A stretch of 64,000 nucleotides of DNA from the human T2T-CHM13v2.0 reference genome, Homo sapiens. Location: assembly GCF_009914755.1 (NCBI RefSeq), contig NC_060938.1; one strand, 5' to 3'. The notes beneath the pieces are model-generated. The model saw only the letters and a program-made list of their open reading frames with translations, was not told where the DNA came from and did not search any database. The translations under genes were made by a program, and so were the position numbers. Below, in pieces: positions 17,672 to 29,055 of this stretch (the first letter of the stretch is position 1; each line of letters opens with the position of its first letter).

Positions 17672-18140
17672 CAAAATTCTTTTAAGGAGAAGTTTCCACT
17701 TTCCTTATCGTTGTATACGCTTCCCTCTTTTAATTACATGTTGAGTCCTTCCCTCATTTAGGCTTGAGAAAAATGTCCTTAAGTGTCCTAAACTTGCATT
17801 AAACCCACTTACTCATCAAACCCCACTTATGACTTCCCTTAGAGGACAAGAGACATTTCAGCTCAGTTATATACTGCTGTTCTCAATTCCTGCCATTTTT
17901 TTTCCTCTTCCTTTGACCTGCTGGCCTAGGTCTCCAGCTCACTGAAAACAGCCTCCCCTGATGAGCACACCATTGTTATGTAATAGCCTAACCCTTGCCC
18001 CTCGCCTATCAGGGGGTGCCAAGCCTGCAGACTCACTCTGCTTTCCTCATAACTGCCCTGAGGAGAAGGCTGAAGACTGAGGAATCCTCTTTCTGCCTCC
18101 CATTTGACTGCATTTTCTTTGGTCAGAGTCTCCCTTATTC

Positions 18141-20368
18141 ATGGGACCTGCCTGGGTCCAGGACCCCTTGACAGGTGCTCTCTGGCTGCCTGTCCTCTGG
18201 GCACTCTTGTCCCAGGTCTATTGTTTTCATGACCCACCAGGATGGCGCTTCACTTCCTCAGAAATTGTGATCCCCAGGAAAGTGCCCCACAGGAGGGGTG
18301 GAGTTGAGATGCCAGACCAGCTCTCTTACAGCATGCATTTCCGGGGCCGAAGACACGTGATTCACATGAAGCTCAAGAAGAACATGATGCCCAGACATTT
18401 ACCTGTTTTTACTAATAATGACCAAGGGGCCATGCAGGAGAACTACCCTTTTGTCCCACGAGACTGTTACTACGATTGCTACCTGGAAGGGGTTCCTGGG
18501 TCTGTGGCCACATTGGACACCTGCCGTGGAGGTCTGCGTGGCATGCTGCAGGTGGATGACCTGACTTATGAAATCAAACCCCTGGAGGCTTTTTCCAAAT
18601 TTGAGTATGTAGTATCTCTGCTTGTGTCAGAAGAAAGACCAGGAGAGGTCAGTAGATGTAAGACTGAAGGGGAAGAGATAGATCAAGAATCTGAAAAGGT
18701 AAAACTGGCTGAAACTCCCAGAGAAGGCCACGTTTATTTGTGGAGGCATCATAGAAAAAACTTGAAACTTCACTACACAGTTACTAATGGATTATTCATG
18801 CAGAACCCTAATATGTCACACATAATAGAGAATGTAGTGATTATTAACAGCATCATACATACCATTTTCAAACCAGTTTATTTAAATGTCTATGTACGTG
18901 TTTTGTGCATATGGAATGATATGGATATAGTAATGTATAACATGCCTGCCGACCTGGTTGTAGGAGAGTTTGGTTCGTGGAAATATTATGAATGGTTTTC
19001 ACAAATTCCACATGATACCTCAGTTGTTTTTACATCAAATTGACTTGGAAACAGTGAGTGTTATGCCAGCTTTGACGGAATATGCAACCCCAACTGGGGA
19101 GCAATGTTTGTGTATATAATGAGGTATCACCTATTTAGGGGGGCATGTGTTACAGCACATGCACTAGGTCATAACATGGGCTTGAGACATGATTCTGTTG
19201 GTTGTTATTGTTTTCGACGAACCAACTATCTCATGGCTCCTGTTCCTGATCTTAATGATATGATGAGCAATTGTTCTTATGAGATAATTCAACGCAAGTT
19301 TAATCAATGGGATCCTTGTTTGAGTGCTCCAAATTTTCCATACCTAATTTTCCATACGTAGCTCCTCGTTGTGGAGACAATATCAAAAATCAGAGGGAAG
19401 AATGTGACTGTGGCTCCCTTAAAGATTGTGCCAGTGATAGATGTTGTGAGACCTCTTGTACCCTTTCTCTTGGCAGTGTTTGCAATACAGGACTTTGCTG
19501 CCATAAGTGTAAATATGCTGCCCCTGGAGTGGTTTGCAGAGACTTGGGTGGTATATGTGATCTACCAAAATACTGTGATGGGAAAAAGGAAGAGTGTCCA
19601 AATGACATCTACATCCAGGATGGAACCCCATGTTCAGCAGTATCTGTTTGTATAAGAGGAAACTGCAGTGACCGTGATATGCAGTGTCAAGCCCTTTTTG
19701 GCTACCAAGTGAAAGACGGTTCCCCAGCGTGCTATCAAAAATTGAATAGGATTGGTAACTGATTTGGAAACTGTGGGGTTATTCTACGGCGAGGGGGAAG
19801 TAGACCTTTTCCATGTGAAGAAGATGATGTTTTCTGTGGAATGTTGCACTGTAGCGGTGTCAGCCACATTCCCGGTTGAGCTGAGCACACTACATTTCGT
19901 AATATATTAGTACACGACATAAAAGAAGAAAAATGCTTTGGCTATGAAGCACACCAGGGGACAGACTTGCCAGAAATGGGGCTGGTAGTGGATGGTGCAA
20001 CCTGTGGCCCAGGGAGCTACTGTCTTAAACACAATTGTACTTCTTATCAAGACCTGCATTTTGAGTGTGATCTTAAAACATGCAATTACAAAGGAGTATG
20101 TAACAACAAAAAACATTGTCACTGTCTGCACGGGTGGCAACCACCAACATGTGAACTGAGAGGAAAAGGAGGTAGTATAGATAGTGGCCCTCCACCTGAC
20201 AAACAATATCGTATTACAGCCAGCACACTTGCGAATATAAACTGAGCACTACTTTTAATATTTACTCGTTGCATCCTTTTTCTGGTTTCACTTCTCTTTG
20301 GTGGCTTTTCACAAGCAATAGAATTTATGGAAGAGAAAATAATGAAAACTACTGAACCTAATGAGTAA
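18141..20368 (+). pseudogene. Intronless testis-type ADAM pseudogene, ADAM4/ADAM6-like (signal peptide, prodomain, metalloprotease-like, disintegrin, Cys-rich, EGF, TM)
   Basis: Joined ORFs give MGPAW...FHDPPGWRFTSSEIVIPRKV, HALGHNMGLRHD, RCGD...[25 protein letters not shown]...GGSIDSGPP and TM ALLLIFTRCILFLVSLLFGGF, ending at TAA 20366-20368. Lesions: TGA at 19041, 19760, 19877 and 20243; 1-nt frameshift near 19344. Confidence 0.93.
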
Positions 20369-20705
20369 ATACTAATGGAAGCCCACACAATGGAGAAAAT
20401 CACGTTGACACTTACTGGGAGTTATAATCAATAGTCACTCTGACGGTTACATCACCTTTTAGCAATTCTGATGTCATCTTGAAGTAAAATCACTTGGCAA
20501 TTTAAAAAGGGTCTGTGTGTTTAAATTTACTTCACATTTCATGTGTGGTCGTATTCTCAATACTTCTATAGATGACGGCAGAAACTCTTAGATTCACTAA
20601 CAAGAGGACCTGTACTCATTTAAGATTTGGGGCTAATGTTTTCTAGATACCCCTGTGGCAAATCCCGTGTACACTAATATACATTTGTTCACACTCTTAA
20701 TTTCC

Positions 20706-20980
20706 TTTTTTTTTTTTTGAGGCAAGGTCTCACTCTGGTGCATAGGCTGCCAGGCTGGAATGCAGTGGCACAATCTCGGCTCACTGCGACCTCTGCATCC
20801 CGGATTCAAGCAATTCTCCCACCTAAACTTCCTGAGTATCTGGGAGTACAGGCACGCGTCACCACGCCAGATTAATTTTTTGTATTTGTAGTAGAGACAG
20901 GGTTTCACCATCTTGGCCAGGCTGGTCTCAAACTCCTGGCCTCAAGTGATTCATCCACCTTGGCCTCCCAAAGTTCTGGG
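20706..20980 (-). mobile_element. AluS SINE, 5' end missing
   Basis: Poly-T then antisense Alu ending at cccaaagttctggg. Confidence 0.88.
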
Positions 20981-21297
20981 CACTTGGTACACGCTGTCTG
21001 CTATCATTTTCATTATTCTCATGATTTTTGCATTATGCTAAGCCTGGGGAATCCCATATGTAATGTCTCTGGCTTTTTGTCTTTACTGTTACAGAAAGGA
21101 TCGTTATTCACTGTTAAATCACTTCTCAGTTTCTCTGGATATAAAGGTATGGGATCTCATATTTAAAATCTCCAATAATTGGCTAAGCCCAGCCTATCTA
21201 TAAATTACAGGATGGAACTGACAGTCTGATAAATGTACAGACACAAAATCTTACCTAAAGGAAAACTGGAAGAATCACTTCAGAAATAGTGCACTAA

Positions 21298-21835
21298 GGT
21301 TGGGCATAGTGACTCACGCCAATAATCCCAGCGATTTGGGGGCCTGAGGTGGGAGGATTCCTCGAGGCCAGGAGTTTGAGACCAACCTGGGCAGCATTGT
21401 GAGACCATGTCTCTATAAAATATTAAAAAATAAGAAAATTATTCAGGCATGGTGGCACATACCTGTAGTCCTAGCTATTCCAGAGTCTGAGGAGGGAGTA
21501 CCAGTTTGAGACCAACCTAGGCAACATAGTGAGAATCTATCAACACAAAATATAAAGAAATTAGCTAGGCATGGTGGCACGTGCCTGTAGTCCTAGCTAT
21601 TCAGGAGGCTGAGGCAGGAAGCTCAATTGAGGCCAGGAGTTCAAGACCAATCTGAGCAGGATAGCAAGACCCCATCTCTAAAAAAATTTAAAAATCAGCC
21701 TGGTGTAATATAGTGTGTCCCTATAGATCCAGCTACTTGGGAGGCTGAGGCAGGAGGATCACTTGAGACCAGGAGCTGGAGGTTACAGTAAGTCATGACT
21801 GTACCACTGCACACCAGCCTGGGTGACAGAGTGAC
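21298..21835 (+). mobile_element. Compound four-monomer AluJ/FLAM array ending in a (GT)n tract
   Basis: Three left-arm-like units (each with gagaccaa... and an A-rich linker) then one right arm; (GT)n at about 21837-21862. Confidence 0.75.
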
Positions 21836-22001
21836 GGTGTGTGTGTGCGTGTGTGTGTGTGTTTGTGTTTTAAAAACTTTTCTCTTGTTTTTAGGGCTTG
21901 TCATATGCAACAAGAGGTGATGTTCCAGGTCAAATAGTAAGAGGGAGCTGGAGATGTGGAAGAAAAGAAGCAAGGGGGACTTTAAGAAGATAGGGATCAG
22001 G

Positions 22002-23079
22002 GGTTGCCGCGAGGCCTCTGGGGTGGGTTCGCCAGGAGGGCAGGTTCGTGCGGCACCTCGGAGGGAGGCTGAGCGGGCCGCGCCGGGCGGCGGGTACACG
22101 GCGGTACGGTCCTGCGCTCGGGAACGCGGAATGTTCCCTGGTCGCCGCCGCGGTGGGGCGCGGGCCCGGAGGAGGCGCCCGAGGGACCAGGCCTTGCGGC
22201 GGGCAAGGACCAGGAGGCGAGCCCTGGAGCTCCGGAGCGGACGCCCCCAGGGAGCTGGGGACACCCCCATGGGACAGCCCTTCCTGGACCCGGAGAGAGC
22301 AGCTGCTGCTGCCCCACCACCCGCCAGGCCCGGCCACTGAGCAGCCCCCCGGAACCCCAGATCCTCGTTCCCCCCAGGTGGCCTGGGAGGTGACCCCCTC
22401 GAGGATGACTCCACTAGCTCCCTGGGACCCCAACTACGAAGCCAAAGCAGGACCTCGGCTGGTTTGGGGGGCCAACTGTAGCTCAGGAGCCTCGTTCTCA
22501 GGCCAGACGGTGTGTCACCCCTCGTTCTGGCCGCTGTACGAGGCAGCCTCGGGCAGGGGTCTCAGGCCCGTGGCCCCTGCCACAGGGCATTGGAATGGAC
22601 AGCAGGCGGCCCCGGATGCAGGGTTCCCGGTGATGTGCTGTGAAGACGTCTTCCTCTCGGACCCTCTGCTGCCCCGGGGGGCAGCGTGTCCCCCTGTACC
22701 TGTCCAAGGCCCCCCAGCAGATGATGGGCTCCCTGAAACTGCTGCCGCCGCCCCCCATCATGTCTGCCAAGGTTCTCCCCCGCCTGTCACCCTCCCTGGG
22801 CCCCTCCACTGCCTGGCTCAGCGGGCCGGAGCTGATCGCTCTCACTGGCCTGCTGCAGGTGAGCCAGGGGGAGCCTAGGCCCAGCTCCTCCGTGGCTGGC
22901 CCCTCAGGCCCTACCTCTGACCCACCCAGCCCCTGTGGTAGCCCCAGCAGTTTTCAGAGTGCTGACCTCTCTCTCCCACAGACCCCAGACACCCATTGTC
23001 CATAGCCTTCTCGGGGCAGAGTGGGCTGGTTGTGTTGACAATGAAACAGTGTTGGTTTGCAAACAAACAAACAAACAAA
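22002..23079 (+). pseudogene. SAP25: Processed pseudogene (retrocopy) of SAP25, Sin3A-associated protein 25 kDa
   Basis: From ATG 22405: [33 protein letters not shown]...EDVFLSDPLLPRG; +1 G frameshift in the run at 22676-22681; then QRVPLYLSKAPQQMMGSLKLL...ELIALTGLLQ...QTPDTHCP stop at 23005. Intronless, AATGAA at 23040, (aaac)n tail, 18-bp TSD aagaagatagggatcagg (21984-22001, 23080-23097). The symbol given is the parent gene. Confidence 0.92.
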
Positions 23080-24291
23080 AAGAAGATAGGGATCAGGATA
23101 GAAGGGAGGTGAGAATCAGAGGCATAAACTGAGGTAGACAGAAGGGAGGAGTCCTTTGGGAAAGGAAGACCATGGAAGTTGTTGAAAACAGGACTCAAGA
23201 CTAGAGACTTCAAAATCTTTCTTTTCTTGGTTTCTTCATACCAATTAAAGTAAGTTATTCATGGAGTGTCAGCTATTCTGCTACCCTGTTCTTCTAAGGT
23301 GACACAAAAATGCACAAGTTTGACATGTCCCAAGTAACCAAAGGCAGTGCATTTCAAATTTATACCTGATGAAATCACGCCACTTAAGAATTTAACAGAT
23401 CGATCAACATTGCACCAGACCATATGTCTACACAGATCTGGCCAGGTGTTTGGGTTAAATAGGAGTTTCCGTAGTAGAAGAAATTTGAGATAATAGAAGA
23501 GTCTTGTCCCACCTTAGGAAAGTTGCCTAAACTCTCTGCACATCTAAAGAACTCTGAAAGACGGAAGGAAAATGCTGACTTCAGTCTGACAAAAGGGTAC
23601 CTAGAAAAAAGTCAAAGCATGCAACCACCATGCTCTGAAAGAAAGTCAGATGATGGGATGATCTGTGCAGCAAACCACCGTGACAGTGTTTACCTATGTA
23701 ATGAACCTGCACGTCCTATCCTGCACATGTACCGCTGACCTTAAAATAAAAGTTGGAAATCAAGAATAAAAATTTAAATGAGGGAAAAAAAGAAAAGAAT
23801 CAGAGACCAAGAGCAGGGCTTACCTCTTCACCCAAGGAAATTAGGGTGCTTTGATAATGCTGTCTTTGACACAAAACTGGGCAGTGTTGGCATTTTGTCC
23901 AAAACTATTCCAAGTAACAACACAAAATTATTAAATATATATATAGTTTTTTTAAGTGACTCAGACAGAGGTTAAAGGCTTGATTCAATTGAACTACATG
24001 AGGGAGTACCTGAAGACCAGGTGATATCACAAGTGAAGCAGGGTCAAGGTTTTTACAAGATGGGAATGTTTCGAGTAGCTGTCCTTGTCCTTTCAATTTT
24101 AGCATCAGTGTTCACCTTAACCAAAACTCATAGATGGAGACTATTCGTATTTCCTTGTCCCTTCTTTGGAGTCTAATAACCAACAGAACAATAATTCTGA
24201 GAACTGTCTTTACAAACCTCATGGGTTTTTGGATAGCTATGGGCTGTGAGAGGTATATAGTTTTTTTTTTTTTTTAAAGGGTTGCAGGGAG

Positions 24292-24415
24292 GGCACTGGG
24301 CATGGTTGTTTGTGCCTGTAATCCTAGCACTTTGGGAGGCCAAGGTGGGAGGAATGCTTGAGCCCAGGGCTTTGAGACCAGCTTGGGCAACATAGCAAGA
24401 CCCCATCTTTATAAC
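24292..24415 (+). mobile_element. FLAM / Alu left monomer
   Basis: Single Alu left arm ending gcaagaccccatcttta. Confidence 0.8.
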
Positions 24416-25589
24416 ATTAATTTTGTTTTAACTTTAAAAAAATAAAGAGAAGAAGGAAAAAGAAAAAGGACAAAAGTGGGAGTCAGGGAGAACCCAGAGC
24501 ACTTGCTGTAATGTTTGTTTTAAATCTTTTGCACCTTCATCTCAGGAGGTCAACACTACTGCACATATCCATTCACAGTTACCATTGCGTTGGGTGGTTC
24601 CAAGTGGCTCCCAAGTGAATCCCCTAGTTTCTCCATATAATCCTCCATGCCTCTACTGGGGCTCAGCAGCCTTACCTCCCCCTGCTATCCAGGGTCAATT
24701 ACTCCTGCCAAAATGACTTTTCTTTTTACCTGCTAGTCCTTGAACAGAAGATGTCCCAGACGCCCTGAGGGCAGCTTGCAGGTCTATGGAACTTATGCTG
24801 GGTCCCCTGGCAAAGATGCATTCTCTTTGTGGACCAAGACCTGCCTAGAGAACAGATAGTTGCAGAGACGGAAGCAGATCAGTGAATCATCAAGTGTGAT
24901 GATAAGTGAGGCCACCCAGCTTCTCTTCCTTGGTTCTAGGCCCCATATATTCTTTCTATTGCATATACAACACCATGTAGGAATCTCTGACTTAATATAC
25001 ACAATGCATTGTGAAGGCTGGCACTCAATTCTATTCTTTCAGAATATTGTTTCTGAGCTGGCACTCTGGCTCTGCCTTCTGCAGGCCATTCTAAGCACTT
25101 TTGGAGAATAGATGCTACTAAATATTTGATATATGATACAAACAATATAATTCATTGCTACGTACCATTCCTGCACCCATACACTAAAGAGTGAATGAAT
25201 CCTCTATTCTTACGCCAAGTTGCATGAGGTTCCATCCTTAAAGATCTTACAATCCATATGCCCCCAGTAGTGGTGCTGGCTTAAGCTCTATAGACAATAT
25301 CATAACTAGAATATGTATATTTTCTTGTGTGAACTAATCACTGGCCCTCCCAGGATAAAAGGGGCACAAAGTAGTCAATGTCTCACTAATTCACTGTTTG
25401 GTTTCCTTGAAGAATTGTACCTTCCCAGAAACTCAGCCTTGATCTGTGTCACTGGCAAGTTGGACATTCATGGCAGAAGTGTCTTGATTAACTCCCTGGG
25501 CAAGTGGGAGTCCATGCCATTGAGCCCAATGTACCTGTATCTCTGCCACCATTGCCACCTGTTTGTGTGCCCCCTGGAGAACTCATATG

Positions 25590-27700
25590 CACAGATATCC
25601 TCTCAAGAGTGTGAAGACCCAAAATAGTGGTCAAAGCAGAAAGTTTTTATACTTTTAGAAAAAGAACAATAAATCTGTGAAGAAATGACAAGACAAAAGT
25701 GTAGAGAGCCAAAAGCCTTTGGGTAGTAACCAACTCAGCATTCCACTGGAGGCTATATGATCAAACAGCAAACTGTTTATCATGAATGCAGGATGTGGGC
25801 AGACTCACAGCTGCCAGAAGATATGCTGGGTGCAATCACTCCCTGGCGCCATGCTCCTTGAGGTTATCTGCTGGAACATCTGGAGACTACTGTTCAGAGA
25901 ATGCAGTCATGCAGGCCTGCGCCGAGTCAAGCAGCCTACTGACAACCACCTCCTTCTCCCTATCTTCTTTTCTCAATAAATATGAAGGGAGCTAGAAACT
26001 CAAAGCCCTTGTTCACTAGAAGTAAGGAGCCCCCTGACCCCTTCAACCAAAAATACTCTTTTGTCTTTGTCTTTATTCCCGCGTTCATCCCCCTTTGTTC
26101 AGTCCAACAGGGATTGGGACCGTGACACAAAAGGATCTAAGCTAGGGACAGTGAATTCCAGGGAAGTCACTAGGAGATCTACTGGTGGGGAGTGTCAAGG
26201 AGGAGTTATAAAGCTAGTTGGGAGATAAGAGTTACTTTAGTTTATTTGTACAGGTCTACTGAAGCAACAATTTCCAATCCTGGGGATAGGGTTATTTTCT
26301 TGTCCCGGCACAGGGAAGGCATCTTTCTCCATGGAAGTTTTATGGCTTGCTATATGCAGGAAAAGACAGGTCAGATAGTCACTTCTGGAACTACAGTTTC
26401 CAAAGTACTTTGAGCTTGAAGTAATCAATACACTAATTTGACATATTTTAGAGCTGCAGGCATACTTTTAACTCCTTTATTTTCCCTGTCTGAAACTTCC
26501 CTAACAGTTTCAAATTAAAAGCTGAATTAGTATTTGTGGAGAGAAGAGTTGTATAAGTAGCTGAGTGGCAGGGGATCTGCAAAGGGAGAGAAGAACACAA
26601 ATTAGAAGGGGAATTAATAAGCAGAAAAGAACAAATCTAAACACATTTACCCATATTGCATTCAACCAGTCTCCTATCCCTGGCAATGGGTCAGTCCAAT
26701 TGAATGGTTTAGCCTCATTTATATGATGAACAGTGTTTATCTTGTGTTGCAAAAAGTTCAGATTAGATTCTATTTGTCCCTAGTGGTTTACATGTAAGCA
26801 GCGTTCCTTACCAATGATTGCTCAAGCTCCTCCTTCTTGGGCTGTCATTGTATCCAGGACATGGTGATTCTGAAGTACAACAGAGGCTAAACTGTTCACT
26901 TCTGATTGGAGTCTTCTCAGTGCTTGCATAGTAATACTGACTCCTGTTCTATTACTATGGAAACATTGAGAATTGCCCTTTCCCTCTCATAAGTTCCAAA
27001 GCCTGGGAAAATGGATCTCAGCATGGAAAGGAACTTAGAATTGTGACATATAAGTGGATTTTCTATAAAATCTCATGTAGCACACTTGTGTGGCACTACT
27101 TTATGAACAAAGGAGCCCAAGTTTATAATTAGGCTGGCATTGAAGGAGGAGTACCTGGTGACAAAAGCGTTAGGTATCTGAGTCCCCATCATTCTGACCA
27201 TGTAAGTGGGAACCCTTCATAGACCTTGTCACCACACAAGATAAAAAGACCAGTGTGGTTCACAAATAATGTCAAAGTGAAATTTGTGACCCAACAGATT
27301 GGGCTTTGTTGTGCCTTGTCTTCTGTCATATTGGCATCTGTGTATCCATATGTGTCCCTGTCAGTCCACCTTCTATACAGGTGTCCAACTCACCAAAAGG
27401 AGAAGAAGTGTGGCGTTGTTTTCTTTTCATGGAAGCCATACCTTGTCATGCATCCGGCTCCGGATTTGACCCACCAGGCACTTGCATCAGCAGGAACGAA
27501 AATAAGTTCAGATAATTTTGCACAAACTAGATGCTGATATACCCAGCAATCAGATGGCTTAGTTCACGTGGCCAGGGTTTGGAAGACTGGAGCAAAGGGA
27601 TGTCAGTTCTGTGCCCAAACTGTTAAGAAAACAGTAAGGGTTAATGACAATAAGACACAGTTTGAAAGAAAGTCTGTAGTGGAGGATCAGAGGGAGAATT
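25590..27700 (-). mobile_element. Class I ERV remnant: degraded env (about 26500-27700) plus 3' LTR (about 25590-26470)
   Basis: Minus strand reads LQSEVNSLASVVLQNHHVLDTMTAQEGGA*AIIGKERC (immunosuppressive domain, broken CX6CC), then the hydrophobic anchor in ORF 26510..26752; purine tract near 26475-26490. Boundaries approximate. Confidence 0.75.
25700..26127 (+). mobile_element. Solo LTR3 (HERV-K HML-6 type) nested inside an older ERV LTR
   Basis: tgtagagagcc...aactcagcattccactggaggctatatgatcaaacagc...gtgaca; 6-bp TSD caaaag (25694-25699, 26128-26133), the length typical of beta-type ERVs. Confidence 0.85.
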
Positions 27701-29055
27701 GAATAGACTGAGACAGTCTCCAGTCAGCTTTTTCAATAGGTGCTCAAAGAACAAAGAAGACTTTGTGAAGAAAAGAAAAGGGTTTTGGGTTTGTTTGTTT
27801 GTTTGTTTGGGGTTTTTTTGAGGGAAGGTAGAGAGACCCAGTTCCTGTTATACTAACAATGTACACCCTGTCTTGGGCCCCAACACCGCAGAGAAGTCCC
27901 ATGAGGACTGGGGAAACTACCATGTTCATTTACACATCTCTCATTGGTCCAGAGTTGTTTTCAGATGCATTAACTCCTTCCTGTTTCCAGCCTGCTCCAT
28001 GAATGCACTGAGCACACCCCCTCCCCCATAAAGTAGAAAGCCTTTAGTGTGTAGATCTCCTGTACTACAGAAAACCTCAAGGTTCGGTCTAAGAGGATAC
28101 AGGCGGGTACCACCAGCATCTTCTGTACCAGACTTTCCAGTCCCAAATACTTTTAATTTTACTCTCATTTCCCTAGGATTGTATTTTCCAAATAAACCAT
28201 TTAGATTTATTCCTTGCTTCAGCATATGTTTTCTAAGGAACCTGGGTACAGTAGATGCTGAAAGCCCACCCTCCATCTTCTTGTCCCACTTGAGTTCACT
28301 TGCAGCCACAGTAGACAATCTCCATGCTCTGAGAGTTTACCACTTCAAGTGCTTATATCTCAGATATTCTTTTCCTTACAGCTTTCTCCTGAACCATGGA
28401 ATATTAATCAAAGGTGTGTTTCACATGACTTCTCAGAAAGCCTACAGGGATGACTCAAGTAGTACACAGAGAAAACTTGTTCATTAGTCTGCCCTGTTTT
28501 GTGCTTCCCCAGAAAACTAACTCCACCTAAATCCTTGTCTCTGGGTCTGCTTTTTGGGCAATCCAAATTAAAACAGGAGGTAAGACTCTATGCTTCTTAT
28601 AAAAAGGTTAATTCTACCCACCAATCCTGATATAATTAACTGATATAGCTCTAATTAACTCAACAAATATAAAATAACTATACATCTTTTCTTAAAATAA
28701 GAATATTGCAAAATGCACTGCTTCCTGTAAAAATTTACAAGTAAAATAAGGTGACTCTAACAAATTAACTTTAACATACAATACAGGATACCAATTTGCC
28801 AGCAAAGCACTGATAAAGGATTTATTGTATGAAGTGTAACAGGACAACAGGCTACCCATTTGGAAAAGTATACAATTAGATACCTATCTCATTCCTTATA
28901 GCAAAATAAATTCCACAATTAAGCATAAAAGCTGAAACCAACATAATCCCAGAAAAAATGGATTATTTCAATGTAATCTCAAGCAGAAATACAAAACTCA
29001 GCAAATATAACAGAACAATAGGCTGACAAATATTACTATAATCAACTTCAATGGT

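Noticed and set aside
19332-19357. Tandem aattttccatac duplication at the ADAM pseudogene frameshift
   Set aside because: It could be an ancestral NxPY-x-NFPY coding repeat with a 1-nt loss rather than a new duplication; unresolvable without orthologs.
21695-22433. Long antisense ORFs (239 aa and 167 aa) over the GC-rich region
   Set aside because: Shadow ORFs of the GC-rich SAP25 retrocopy, one running into an Alu.
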